The translations under genes and the position numbers were made by a program. Below are positions 1 to 12,832 of a DNA stretch of 64,000 nucleotides, piece after piece. How positions within the stretch are numbered: the stretch's first letter is position 1; the number at the start of each line of letters is the position of its first letter. Under the pieces are notes generated by a model that was given only the letters and a program-made list of their open reading frames with translations, had not been told where the DNA came from and did no database searches. This DNA is from Octopus bimaculoides. Taxonomy: Eukaryota. Location: assembly GCF_001194135.2 (NCBI RefSeq), contig NC_069003.1, positions 28,081,614-28,145,613 on the forward strand, in the 5' to 3' direction.

Positions 1-61
<61 letters not shown>

Positions 62-64
62 TAC

Positions 65-227
65 GACAGGCTTGTTTCTGTTTCCGTCTACCAAATCCAC
101 TCACAAAGCTTTGGTCAGCCCGGGGCTATAGTAGAAGACACTTGCCGAAGGTCCTATGCAGTGGGACTGAACCTGGAACTATGTGGTTGGTAAGCAAGCT
201 ACTTACAACACAGCCACTGCTGCTCCT
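65..227 (-). mobile_element. tRNA-derived SINE family A, 5' part
   Basis: Minus strand reads gtggctgtgttgtaagtagcttgcttaccaaccacatagttccaggttcagtccc (tRNA-like head). The same body recurs at about 24889, 26010 and 43716. Confidence 0.8.
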
Positions 228-492
228 ATTTAATAACTATTTGTGAATATGCTGGAATTGTTTCAGTTTTTTTTATGTTTATATGTATGTGTATTGAGTT
301 TGGGTGTTGACTTGCATCTCTTTTTTGTCAATAAGTTAACTTAGTTACTTAATAAACATAGATCAATAAAACAAGTTTCATAATACTGGGGCTGCAATGA
401 TAAATTAAAAACCTTGAAGGTTGTGTCTTGCATAGCTGTAATCTGGTGACTGAAACCACTGAAAGTAAAAATTATAAAATTGTGTTCCATAC

Positions 493-720
493 CTTTACAG
501 AAAGCTCGAGTTATTGTATTTGTATAGTTGAAAAGGCCTTCATAGTTTTCAGCTGTGAAAACATTCAGTAAATATGGTAAACTTGCTATGTTGTGAAGTT
601 CTTTTAAGTCATAGTTTGCAATTCCAATTGCATAGATATGAGCGATATTCCTTAAAGCTCTGGCTGAAGCTACTGTGTGTTCAGGGTGAATTTTAGACTC
701 AGTATTTGATAAAAAGATTA
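493..720 (-). CDS. VWA13 C-terminal half exon (VIFLSNTES...HIYAIGIAN...RAFCK)
   Basis: Not in the ORF track. Acceptor ttttcacttgcag, donor G|gtatgg, 228 nt, phase 1-1. VWA strand motif HIYAIGI and terminal Cys. Confidence 0.9.
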
Positions 721-1142
721 CTGCAAGTGAAAAACGATAAATGAGAAATGTTAATTCAGTGACATCATAGAATCTTTCTCAAAGAAATTATTAGTGTGTT
801 GAAAGACATAAATTGAGAACTTGAAGTTAGTAAATGAGGGAAATAGTTTTGAATATGAACTCAGTGTATATCTGACCAAATTCTAAAATTTGTTTGAAAT
901 ATTTACTACCATATATCATAAATTGTTATAAGAAGGGAAAACATATTGATTACTACTTATCACACATAAAATTGCAATCTATTGGTAATTGATACGAAAG
1001 ACATAAAGGATATATTCAATCATGAAATTGACTTAGTGAAAATATGAAAATGTAAACTAACATAAATATTTAGGAAATAATTTTCAAAATAGATTAAAAG
1101 AAAACTTCAATAAATTTTTAAAATGTAAAGAATTAGGATTAC

Positions 1143-1475
1143 CAAAGTTTTTGACGTCTGGCCGATCTCCAGTTTTATAATTGAATATTTTGGACCGCAC
1201 CAATTCTAGAGCTGCTACAGCATTTGAATTTCCATATTCATAAAGCAGGGAAGAAAGGGCATTCCTTACATCACGTGCAGATGAAAACATATCCAAAGTA
1301 AATCCCAAATGGGCTCTAGAACTGTAAGTAACAGCAGCAACTCTTGATTTATGAGTTCCAATAGACAGTTTCTCAGCTATCTCAATTGCAAACTCCTTCA
1401 TTAACCTGAACTCTCCAGGGCTTATATTTCCAGATGTGTCCAAAACGAAGACAACATCAACATTTTGTGCACAAG
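1143..1475 (-). CDS. VWA13 N-terminal half exon (TCAQNVDVVFVLDTSGN...GDRPDVKNF)
   Basis: Acceptor ttcaacag, donor G|gtaat, 333 nt, phase 1-1. Overlaps ORF 1084-1443. Confidence 0.9.
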
Positions 1476-2467
1476 CTGTTGAAAGAACAATAGTTGAATA
1501 GTTAGTTGCAGTTCAATAGATAACAAATTGATAAGTGTATCATGAGACTAACATATACTTGGTATTTCGGAAACAGCTTAATATGCCAAGAATAAAAGAA
1601 ATTTGAAAATATTAACATAGAGACAAACAAAACATGACTGTTTCATTTAATGTTAACTGATGATAAAATGAGGGCGATAAGTTTGCAGATTTCATATCAA
1701 TGTTTGTATGTCAAGCCTACCTCACACTTGAAGTAACATTTTCTGGTTATATCTCTAGTACTTACCTAACAACTAACTTTATCATATGTTATGGTTGTGA
1801 ATTATTTAACATTAAATAAAAAGAAGACCATCATATTGATGTGAGTCTAAACTATTTTTCCTGTTTTGCTTTTGGTTTGCAAGATTCTTGATGTGATTTC
1901 ATGATTTGAAACAAATTTTGTTGTACCTAGGTAATCATTATGCCAATAATAATAACCCCACCCCACACACACACAAGTATTTAACTGACTAACAAATCAA
2001 TCATTTGTTTAATGTGTTGATTGAACAATCAACCAGTTGTTTGTTTGTTAATCAAAGCTGTTTCATTGCTGTAACCCATGACCTTCCTACTCACTACAAG
2101 ATCTGCTTTCGTTTTCGACAAACAAACGAACTGGTTTATTGTTTAACCAACACATTAAACAAATGATCAATTAGTTAGTTGATTAGATATTTAACCAATT
2201 GACTAATAATAAAGGAGTTGAACCTGTGTTTGTATTCCTGTTAATCACACAAATTTATGAATTATAAAGTAGTTTATAACTGATTAAGAATAGGTAAACT
2301 AATAAAATGCTGCACTTACTTACAAAAATCTAATGACAGTAGGCTATTGAAAATTGCTATGCCTCAAATTAGAAAATATCATAAAAATGTAATATCAAAA
2401 TGTTACAAAATAAAGAATAATATTAGTAAACGTGACAATTAAATTCACTTTAATAAAGTGTACTCAC

Positions 2468-2578
2468 TGCTTTGGCACCATCTTCCAGCATAGCCTCTTG
2501 GACAGTCACAAACTGCACTTCCTTTATCTATTTGACATGTTCCACCATTCAAACAGGGATTTTCAGAGCAAATTTCCT
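2468..2578 (-). CDS. EGF-like domain 3 exon (EEICSENPCLNGGTCQIDKGSAVCDCPRGYAGRWCQS)
   Basis: Six-Cys EGF spacing, acceptor aataacag, donor A|gtgagt, 111 nt, phase 1-1. Not in the ORF track. Confidence 0.92.
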
Positions 2579-2780
2579 CTGTTATTTAGATAAAAGACAT
2601 GGTTAAAATAATATATCTGGTCTACTAAATAAGGAATTCATTTAGAGTGAGATTTCTTCTAAACTGAGAAGGAAACAAATATTTTGGCACATTATGTATA
2701 TTTGTATGATTATTAATGGATTAATAAAGAAAGTAAGAAAGAAATGATTAAAGATGATATAAAAAAATGCATGTAGTTAC

Positions 2781-2930
2781 CATAACATACAGCTGCTGCT
2801 AATTTCTGAATAACATCTGCTACATGTTCTTCTTTGGTGTCATCAGTAATAATAAATTTGTTTTTATCCAATGGCAGTGATACAACATCATTTAAGCTAG
2901 ATGCTACAAAAGATGTGCTGCTTACAAGAC
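2781..2930 (-). CDS. VWA12 third exon (GLVSSTSF...AAAVCY)
   Basis: Acceptor ttttctcag, donor G|gtaact, 150 nt, phase 1-1, ends at the domain-closing Cys. Confidence 0.8.
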
Positions 2931-3688
2931 CTGAGAAAACGAGAAAATACAAATATTTCATGACATAATTAAATATTTATTTAGATGACAATAAGTCAAC
3001 CATATTGAAGAGGATCTAAAACAATGTTGACAATAAGATAAGAAGCAGGCAACAGTCTCAATATTTTGTATTTTGAAGTGTACCATACTGAGTCATGTAC
3101 ATCTATGTGCTTAACTCTGAAACAAGCCAGTTTACCTAATTGCAAATAGAAACCACAAAATGAAATCATTGATACAGTAACTAAAACATTGATAAGCATT
3201 TCATTTGCTATACTGTATAACTGGGCAAGTACTGAGTGGTACAAAGTTAATGTAACAGAATCAACTGCATGAACTACAATAAGATAAAATCTTCAGTGAT
3301 GTCTTTTGTAATTAATGTATTATGCCAATAGCAACAAAACTAGTTCCTAGTGTTGATCCATTTGACAGCCAGAGTTGTTAAAAGAGGCAAGAGAGTTTAA
3401 ACTATTTACGTTTAACAACACTGAATCCAGTGGAGGTACAATAAAATGGTTGTGGTAAATAGATATGCAGCAGAGCAGCACACTAACTTCACAACTTTTC
3501 TGCAAAGATTAAATACACAGCAGAAACACTGAAAAATAATAAACAGACAATGGATCTAGATACTTTTATAGAGATATTCATATGAATTTAAAATTATTTT
3601 GTTCAATATCGTTCAAGTGATGGAAATATAATAATATTTGTAAATTGTAATTTGTGTCTATAAAATAAATCAAGTACAATTTTCTTAC

Positions 3689-3882
3689 CAAGAGCTATAA
3701 TTCTAGTTCCTTTCATTTTAAGATTTCGGGACTGGACCAACATTTCATCGAGATCTCGTACAGATTTTGTGACAAGTACCAGATAGTTGGGAACATGTAT
3801 TCTGTCTCCTAATTTCTGCCGTAACACATCTTGATTGGCCATTCGTAGTGCAGCACCAGGGTTGGGGTCAGTTCGTCCAGGT
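3689..3882 (-). CDS. VWA12 second exon (RPGRTDPNPGAALRMANQDV...TRIIAL)
   Basis: GDRxxVPNYLVLVT VWA motif, donor G|gtaag, phase 2 to 1. The acceptor is a weak AAG, so the right boundary is less certain. Confidence 0.75.
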
Positions 3883-5944
3883 CTTAATGATAATAATAAT
3901 TGATTTTTATTAAATTGTGTTCAAATTTTACAAAACCAAAGAAAAATTAAATCCTACTAAGTCTTTGTGATGGTTATTAATTGCCATTAATTAAAAAAAT
4001 GAAAGAACAAAATAACTGTTGTCTTAAGTTCACTAAAATGAATTCTGATCAATCTATTTAGATGACACTGACATTGTTGTTTCACTCTGGTCAACCCTGG
4101 GCTAGTAGATCTTGTAAGTCATTCTGGTTGTAACCGTCCCGTCATATTCTCAGACAGGGTGGACACAACAGCACATTATCAAAAATGTCTTGTTCTAGGA
4201 CAATAAAGTATGATTTAATGAAGGCTTGACTTCTACTTCTAGCAGGTTGACTGACCAAGTGGAATCATTCACATTGGCTCATTCTCTATAGATGTTAGGA
4301 CAGGTTCCAATGTCCCACAGCCATACAAACAATACGTTCCACCAAATATTTAGATTCCCAAATGTTACTACAATACTCTGTCTGTCTTTTTCTTTATCTA
4401 TCTAGCTTATCTGGTTCAGACCATACATACCAGAATTGGTGCAACATTAATTGAATCTCTAGTTATTAGTTCTCTGTTACAATGAAGAATCACAATTATC
4501 TTTTTACATAAATTAATCATGGGAGTTGGAGTAATATCTCTGGCCAGTGCCATTAATATGGCTGCTACCCATCCTGAAAATATGCAGAGAAATGTATGGA
4601 GAGTAACCACGAGATTGATTTAAATGATGGCAACAGAGTGAACTTTGCTAAAAGTATCCAAGGACCAGATGGTGTTTTAAACCTTTTGGAGTATCAGTAG
4701 AATGGGTTGTGAATAAATATACAAACTCACATCTGAACATATTTGGAATCTTGTTACGAAATAAAAGAGCTAAAGATTTATTTATTAAAACGTAAACAAA
4801 TATTTTTCTAGACAGAAACTCATTTGCATAATGGTACAAACAATAATCACAATGAATACAACAAGGTGAGTTACGTATTAATAAATAATGTAATCACATC
4901 TATCCTATACATATTTAATATCACTATGAAATTAAGCCTACGAGGGAATGTTTGACTGTGACAGTGTTATTTAGCAATTCATTAGGATTTACTCAACAAT
5001 GTAAGTGGCTGGTTCCCAAGATGTCAAAAGGCACTTGTGCACCTAATTTCACAACAACATTAAATACATGGCTATGTGTCTTCCATATAATTATTTATAA
5101 ATAAATAGGAGAGTGCAAATAATATAACATACACCTCAGTTATTCAACACCCTGAACAACTAATCACAAGAGCATGAAGTGCAGTAGAAGGTAAAACAAT
5201 AGACTGCCATTTGTAGTTAAGATTATCTAATGATCACAATTAGATATTTAAATTAGTTAACTTTGTGATCAAGGTCAGCTGATCTATATATACTTTCTTC
5301 TTCAAATTTAATGTAATATAAATATATTCCTCCAATCTGAAATATATCTCAAGGGTCAGTAGTCAGTTGTGGTTTTATGGTATTAACCAGATATGAAGCC
5401 TTTCCTGAATAGCGTACCAGTCTATAAGAGGTAACAATCCCTGATCATCTATTAGCTAGGGAAACAATCTCATCATGTGATAGCTAAGTGGAGAAACAAA
5501 TTATCTGTTATTAGGGGTAACAATCCCAGTTCATCCAGTAGCTATGTGAACTGTAGTAACAGAGAATAAAGTGTTCTATTAACAAACACAGCATATCTAA
5601 CTTCACAAACTACAAAATAAATAGTCCAATCCAGCTCTTTTAGTTTTAATTCTACTCTAAATGCTATCCAAATAATGGAGTATTATTATCAATGGTTTTC
5701 ATCATCGTTTTAATGTGCATTTTTCCATCTTGTATGAGCCAGACATCAATTTTATCTGTTTTACATGCAGGAATGACTTTAATGGACATTTAATTGCAAG
5801 TTAATTTGGAGAGCTGAAAAAAAACCCCAAGAAACTATGCAGTTAATAAATAGATTTTGAAGTTTATTTTAAAGTGGTCTAAGTGAGTAAACTACACTGA
5901 AACTGCAGTGTTGTGATTCAAGAAAAATTAAACATAAAAATTAC

Positions 5945-6176
5945 CTAAGCATTGAGAGAACTGCCATCACATCCTGTTTGTGTCTACCTTTATCAAGAGT
6001 AAGTCGGAGTCTTGGCTCTGCATCATAGGTTATTACTGCAACTCGTATATTTTGATGACTGAATGAAAGTCTTTTAATTGTTTTTCGTAACATACGTTTG
6101 ACCCTTCTGAGAGCTGGCCTTGTTACATAACGTGAAGTATCAATAACTAAAATCATATCAGCTCTAGAATTACATT
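5945..6176 (-). CDS. VWA12 first exon (QCNSRADMILVIDTSRY...VLSMLR)
   Basis: Acceptor ttttgcag, donor AG|gtaa, 232 nt, phase 1 to 2. VWA beta-A motif. Confidence 0.88.
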
Positions 6177-7602
6177 CTGCAAAAGGAGTACAAATTGCAT
6201 CAGTGCTACAAGTTTCAAATATAAATTAAAATTAACATAATGGAAATTAGATTATTTTCATATAAAGAGATTAAGAAGAATGGACATAAGATAAATAGAA
6301 AAATTCCTAATGAGAAGTAAAAGTAACAATGTGAATATATGAGCCAAAGCTTAATAATGTCTGGAGATTTGTCTAATTAATAACTGATTTTAGGTTAGCA
6401 AGTTTGAATATTGAGATGAATCAGAGAAAAAAATGTGTAGAGAACATTTTTTTTCCTTCATGTCTGAGGAGAAGTAGCATTACTACATTCTACTGGAGTA
6501 GTTTGAGGTATTGTAGTTGTTAATTTAATATATTTTTGATTGTTTTTCTTTATAAGTTCATCTAAGCCAGAAGGACCATATGTATAACTTTTTCATGCCC
6601 ATCTCACAAATTGTTTTGAGCTATATATGTTTCAGTTTGAATATTTCTAGTGTAAAGAGGAAATTCTAGAGAGTGGCAGTTTTAGAAAGTAAAGATTGGT
6701 AAAAATAAACAGCTAGTACAAGATGTGATTGTTAAGATACAGAAAAGGTGATGATAGGATAAAAGAGGTGGGAGAAGGTATACAACTTGCTAAGTCAGAG
6801 GATCAGTATAGATGGCACAGAGAAAATAGAGTTCAGTATGTGGTTATACACCCATGGTTGTAGTGTGTTGATCATTAATTTCATGTCAATCAGCAGGGCA
6901 GCCTTTACTGAAATTTTGTCTTGGACATTTGTGTGTATAGCAGCATCACTGTTGCACATAACACAATAATACTTCAATAGGGACCCCCTTTACATGAATT
7001 TTGTGCACAGTCATTGACTGATAAAAGCTGAATATTTTCTAGTTCTAGGAAAGCAATCTTAGTTCTTTTTGGGGGTAGTTTTGGTAATCCTACATGAGTG
7101 AAATTGCTAAAAAGGATCATTTATCATTTACTGCAATATTATATCTTTTAGATGTTTGATGTTCATGACTAAAGACTGCTTCATTCGAATATGTAGTGAA
7201 TGTGATGGAAACTTGATTTTGTTGAAAGTGCTTAATTATAGCTCAGTAGATTTTTACTCTATAGAAATTTCATCTTTTACACAGCCTCTGTACCTGGTGT
7301 ATCAAGCAGATAAAAGTAACACTATCTACAATGTAATGTGTTATATAGCAGTCTGATGTAATATTACAAATACCTCCTTCATATTTTCTTACTAAATTTC
7401 CAACATAAAATGAGTGATAACAACTCAGCATATTTCAAATTATTAGAATATTTCAGCTAAGACTGGAACTGTCACTGTGTATAATTATATGTTTAAGCTA
7501 TTATTTCTTTAGTTTTGTAGAAGGATTGTGTGCAACATACATCACCTGACAGATCATATTATCATGCTAGTTTCAAAAGAAAGCAAAAATGCAACAACAT
7601 AC

Positions 7603-7716
7603 GCTTTTCACAATTTTCACCAGTGAAACCTCGTTTACATTCGCATTTATATGTAAATGGATAGTTGACACATTTTCCTCCATTTAAGCAGGGATTTGGT
7701 TCACAGTGACTTCGAG
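7603..7716 (-). CDS. EGF-like domain 2 exon (TRSHCEPNPCLNGGKC...NCEK)
   Basis: Six-Cys EGF, acceptor tttacag, donor C|gtatg, 114 nt, phase 1-1. Confidence 0.92.
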
Positions 7717-7807
7717 CTGTAAAATAAATAAAGTATGAAATAATTACCAACATTTAAACAATAATACAGAAAAAAAGTAATTATTTTAATTTATTATGTA
7801 ACAATGA

Positions 7808-7808
<1 letters not shown>

Positions 7809-7890
<82 letters not shown>
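7809..7890. repeat. (TG)n followed by (AG)n microsatellite
   Basis: Directly visible dinucleotide runs. Confidence 0.95.
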
Positions 7891-7891
<1 letters not shown>

Positions 7892-8182
7892 TATAAAGCG
7901 TGAATAAAAATATTGAGAATACAATAAAAACGTTTTTCCATGTTGAAAGTTCATTTCATTGTATTAGTAGATATGTGGGCTAAGAAATTGTATATAGTTT
8001 TTACTCACTGGCCAAATAATAAAAATGGAAATAGTAACAATTTTTTAAAGACTGAGAAATAGAAACATTAGTACCTTCTGTCAATGAATGAAATAGGTCC
8101 AAGAAAAAGGGACAGTGTTAAAGTTAGCTACTTAATAGTTTATATAACATTATTATGTGAGAAGTAAAACAAAGATACATAC

Positions 8183-8420
8183 TTTCAAAAATAGGATGCA
8201 ATAAGGAATCAGTCATTCCATCTACATCAGCACCAAAAATTTCAGTTGTTTTTATTCCTTGTGCAGCAGCAATGGTGTCAAGTTCATAGCTTTTTCGAAC
8301 ATTAAATGCTACAGGTATAAGATGAATACCAGAAGAAATGGCTAATTCAGCTTGCCTGAGAGTATCTTCGCTTGACAAATCTATTTGACCATGAGTCAGC
8401 AAATAGGCGATGTTTTTGAC
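8183..8420 (-). CDS. VWA11 C-terminal half exon (VKNIAYLLTHGQ...HPIFE)
   Basis: Acceptor ttggttag, donor A|gtatg, 238 nt, phase 0 to 1. In frame with exon 8517-8836. Confidence 0.88.
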
Positions 8421-8516
8421 CTAACCAAAAATAAAGGAAGTTTGTTTTTTAATACAGAAATCTTTCTTGATTAATAAAGTTAATCATAAAGCAACAAGAC
8501 ACATAATTTTACTTAC

Positions 8517-8836
8517 CTTATCTCGATCTCCATGTCTTGAAGAAAATATTTCTTGACTCACAAACTTTATGGCATTTGCCATATCAGCATGGCCTCGAGT
8601 GTAGGAAGTGTCATCAATGCTTCGAATAATTGATTCTTGTCTAGTAAAGCGGTTTAGATGAAATTCTATTAAAGGTCGTGAACTATATTTTACTAAAGCA
8701 ATGTGGTGGCCACAGTAACCTACAGCTAGATCTCTCACCATACTTTCAGCAAAGCGTTTCATTCTCTGAAAGGTTCTCCAGCCAACACTAGTAGAAGAAT
8801 CTAGAATAAATGCTACATCAGCTGGTTGTGGACAGA
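8517..8836 (-). CDS. VWA11 N-terminal half exon (VCPQPADVAFILDSSTS...GDRDK)
   Basis: Acceptor ttctag, donor AAG|gtaagt, 320 nt, phase 1 to 0. DxSxS motif. Confidence 0.92.
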
Positions 8837-8962
8837 CTAGAAGGAAAAAGAAAGGCTTGGTAAACATTAGGATTGATTTTACATTTTTTATATGTATTTT
8901 GAAATAATAAGACAACCAATTTATCATCATTAACGTAAATAGAAATAATCACAAATGCTTAC

Positions 8963-9076
8963 CTTTGTCACATTCTGTTCCATAGAAACCTTTAGAACAG
9001 ATACAAATGTAATGTTTAAGTGTATCATAGCATTCTCCTCCATTTTTGCAGGGATTATTTGCACACAATTGTTGGC
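8963..9076 (-). CDS. EGF-like domain 1 exon (GQQLCANNPCKNGGEC...TECDK)
   Basis: Six-Cys EGF, acceptor ataatag, donor G|gtaagc, 114 nt, phase 1-1. Not in the ORF track. Confidence 0.92.
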
Positions 9077-9273
9077 CTATTATAAACCATGAAATAAAAG
9101 AGTACATTTCAATCAATAAACGTTGTACACAGGTAACATTCTAAAATATATTTTTATCAATAAAGCTGTCATTATATCAAAGGTTGTTGCATGCAATTTG
9201 TTTATATTAAATTATCATCTAATTTCATTAAGAACTTAAGACAATGGAGATTTACTGTGAATGAACTTCTTAC

Positions 9274-9522
9274 CTTTACAAATTGGTTCTACAATCCTGG
9301 CATGAAGATCTTCAAGTTCACTGAAATCATCAACAGAAAATAAATTCTCTGCAACTGGTGGTGATGTCATTCCAATTAATTCTTCTGTTTGTGTTGCAAA
9401 TCCAACAGCTACAGTTATAACACTCACACCACTCTGTTTAAGAAGACGAGCTTGTGGTAAAGTCTCTCTATGATTAATATTTGACTGACCATCAGTTATA
9501 ATAATTACAATGTTGGGTGCAT
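9274..9522 (-). CDS. VWA10 C-terminal half exon (DAPNIVIIITDGQS...EPICK)
   Basis: Acceptor ttttcag, donor G|gtaag, 249 nt, phase 1-1. ITDG motif. Confidence 0.92.
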
Positions 9523-10264
9523 CTGAAAATAAAAATCAAGTAATGAAAATATTAATTAGAAACTAGTTAAAAGTACATTTAACATAAATGCATATGAATT
9601 CTTGCACTTTATAATAGTGTTCGCATATCTGATATGAACTGGTTCCTTCATTCACAAAACTTAACCATATTCTAAAGGATAAAAGATTAATTAGTAAAGT
9701 TTCACTCATTGGCATACTTCTATTGATTTAAGTCTTCCATTTTCTTTTTTATCTTTTTAAACTTCTTTTTTTCTTTTTCATGAATGACCTAATTACAATT
9801 GTAATTCGCATATATTTTGACTTTACACCCTTTATCTGTGACTTCCTTTCAATTTGTGCAATTATGGTCATATGCTTAAGAAATGTTTTGCGACTAAATA
9901 TTTTGAGTTCAATATAATTATCTTCTGCCATAGACTCTGATTAAACCTTAGTGAGTGAAATTTCAGAGACAGAAACAGTTTTGAAGCTCATCAGAAAGAC
10001 AACTTCTATTTCCAGATGCTAGACTTAATACCTGGCTGTTGTGTGACTTTAGTGGAGTTCACTCCATTGCAAGCATTACAGCCAGGTTTGTGATTTGGAA
10101 CTACTTCCTCATTTTGTGCACCATCTTGGAAACATTGAAAAAGGATGCTGTTTTTGTCTTCTAATTAAGTTATACAAAACAATTATATAATCTTCAGTCT
10201 ACACCTACAACTTCCACTGCTATACATAATACACTATTCAGACAATACCCATCATTTCCACCAC

Positions 10265-10651
10265 ATGTTGTTGTTGGCACTCCGTCACTTACGACGTTGA
10301 GGGCTCCAGTTGATCTGATCAACGGAACAGCCTGCTCGTGAAATTAACGTGCAAGTGACTGAGCACTCCCCAGACATGTGTACCCTTGACGTAGTTCTCG
10401 GGGATATTCAGTGTGACACAGTGTGACAAGGCTGACCCTTTGAATTACAGGTACAACAGAAACAGGAAGAAAGAGTGAGAGAAAGTTGTGGTGAAAGAGT
10501 ACAGCAGGGTTCGCCACCATCCCGTTGCCGGAGCCTCATGGAGCTTTAGGTGTTTTCGCTCAATAAACACTCACAACGCCCGGTCTGGGAATCGAAACCG
10601 CGATCCTATGACCACGAGTCTGCTGCCCTAACCACTGGGCCATTGCGCCAC
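10265..10651 (-). mobile_element. tRNA-derived SINE family B, apparently full length and young
   Basis: Minus strand begins gcgcaatggcccagtggttagggcagcagactcg...ggtttcgattccc (A and B boxes) and ends in a (caa)n tail. It retains many CpGs, unlike its flanks. Confidence 0.8.
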
Positions 10652-10941
10652 TACAACACACTTTTTAATGTACACTGATCACTTCTGCCACTATACATTA
10701 TACACTCTAAACTTTTACCACATTCATTCAGTGCCCTCTTCTAGTAGCCACAGTCTTCCAATAAAACTAAATAATTTTAAAATGTCATCTTCAGCAGTCT
10801 GAAAGTCCTTCAAAATATGTTATGAATTATATTGGTTTGTCCAATTCTTTAGAAAAGTTTATTAAGTTAAAAAACAAACTTAAGAAGAAAAAAAAAACAC
10901 TATATCAAAAATATTCCAACAAAAGTAATTGCTATATTTAC

Positions 10942-11259
10942 CAGCCCTGTCTCCATTGACTTCAGTGAATATCATTCTGCGTGCCATTCGAAGAGCAATT
11001 GCTGTATGAGTTGAGCCATAGACATATTTTACAGCTGCAGTGGCATTTTCAATATCTTCTTTCATGGTAAAAGAATTTAGATAAAATTCTGCACGTGCTT
11101 CATCACTAAATGTGATGAGAGCCACATTATATAATCCTGATTCTATATCAAGACTCTCAATCGTAGAATATACGAAGTCTATTACTTTGGCAAAGTTTTC
11201 CTCACCAACACTTCCAGAAGAATCAACAACAAACAGAATGTCAGCTTTGCTAGTACAAT
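10942..11259 (-). CDS. VWA10 N-terminal half exon (DCTSKADILFVVDSSGS...NGDRA)
   Basis: Acceptor ttttgtag, donor G|gtaaat, 318 nt, phase 1-1. Intact DxSxS. Confidence 0.92.
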
Positions 11260-11480
11260 CTACAAAACAAAAAAGATGTTGCAATTATAATCACACAAAT
11301 GTTAACCTATAGAAATTTACATCTATAATTTTTTCCATATTAAGAGTTTATATTTATTTATTGAGATAAGAAGATACAAATAATTTAACCTGTCAAAATT
11401 AGAATATTTGACAAAAGTAAGTTTAATTTGAATGAGTTAAAATGACAAGTAAAAAATATTATAGCTGTTGCATAATTTAC

Positions 11481-11746
11481 CTGAAGGTCTGTATATTCTT
11501 TTGGGTGTAGTTATTATAGGTCTTCGATGTGTAGTACTTCGGGTTGTAGTACTTCGGGTTGTAGTACTTCGGGTTGTAGNNNNNNNNNNGTAGTACTTCG
11601 GGTTGTAGTACTTCGGGTTGTAGTACTTCGGGTTGTAGTCTCTTGGGTCGTAGTCCTTGGTGTAGTAGCCACTGGAATTCGTTGTTTTGTTGACGAAATA
11701 GTTCGTCTAGTTGTAGGAGCTGGAGTAGTTGGAGGTGGTACATATA
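11481..11746 (-). CDS. Thr/Pro/Arg-rich mucin-like linker exon with (TTTRS)n repeat, containing an assembly gap
   Basis: Acceptor ttttgcag, donor G|gtaaat. The frame VYVPPPTTPAPTT...TTTRS...RIYRPS is open on both sides of the 10-N gap at 11580-11589. Confidence 0.85.
11531..11634. repeat. 15-bp coding tandem repeat (gtagtacttcgggtt)n
   Basis: Three identical units on each side of the N gap. True copy number unknown. Confidence 0.95.
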
Positions 11747-11956
11747 CTGCAAAAATGAAATACATTTTCAATTTTATTCATTAGGTCATGATTGTCAGAA
11801 AGAGACTAAACAAATCCTAATCATAAAGGACATTTTTGCCATTTATACTACATATGTTTTCAAGATGTTTAAATGCAATATGAAAGAGTATTTTCAAGAT
11901 TAATCATTTTATTTTGAGTCAAAAAACAAAATATGTTTATAATATCAAGTTCATAC

Positions 11957-12245
11957 CTTGCTTAACTTTTTTTAAAAGTGGATCTATAATATTCATTATA
12001 CTTTCAGCAGAGTTCACTTGATACACATGTTCATTCTCTGGTGCAGATGCAAAGCCGTACAGCTCATTTGGATCTGTATCACCTAATCCAAGTACAAATA
12101 CCTCAGCTTTGGCTTCTCTTCGTAATTCTTCAGCACGTTTCTCAGCTTTTACTATATCACTGGTCTTTGATCCAGTGATAAGAATAACTTTATTTTCAGC
12201 TTTAGGTCGATCTCCATTTTCAATAGTAAACATATTTTTCCTCAC
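11957..12245 (-). CDS. VWA9 C-terminal half exon (VRKNMFTIENGDRPKAENKVILITGS...KVKQ)
   Basis: Acceptor atttag, donor G|gtatg, 289 nt, phase 0 to 1. Confidence 0.9.
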
Positions 12246-12832
12246 CTAAATATTTCAATTTTAATATTAGACAAAATATATATACATACACACATGCATA
12301 CATACATATAAATTATATGTGTAAATTCACAAAATAAATATTTCATTTATAAATAGCATGAGTTTTGTTTCAATTGCAAATAAGACAAAAAATGTTAAGA
12401 TGTTTTCAGTGGTAAGTGACAAGTGTTCATGTCATCATTCATATTTAATTGAAATTAGATAATTTCACTATAAAATGGAAGCTACATTTATTCAGATTAG
12501 AATAAATGCAAGCTTTGAGAAATTATACATATTAAGAATCAAATTTCAAATGAATTTGCATTTATTTTAATACTGAAAGGCAGCATTTGTGTAAAAATAA
12601 TTGGCACGAAATACTGTGGTTATTGCAGTGTATATTTGACTAACACAGCATGTATCTCTCTTTAATAACAGTAACATAATATGTTCAATGAAATATAGAT
12701 TATTTTTAAGCTAACAGAGTTTCTATGATAATAACGAAATCAATTAAATGCAGAGAGGTGATCGTAACCCTCTCAAACATAGGTCCATGTGTCTAATTTT
12801 ATCCTCTATCTAGACTTCTGAGCAAAAAGGTA

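Noticed and set aside
9955-10000. Minus-strand CTGATGAG...GAAA
   Set aside because: Stem II does not pair and there is no stem III or cleavage triplet.
11531-11634. Regular repeat that could be mistaken for a CRISPR array
   Set aside because: There are no spacers, it lies in a eukaryotic coding exon, and no cas genes are present.
11477-11784. Alternative-frame repeats LQPEV, YNPKY and VVLRV
   Set aside because: Only the TTTRS frame joins in phase with both neighbouring exons.
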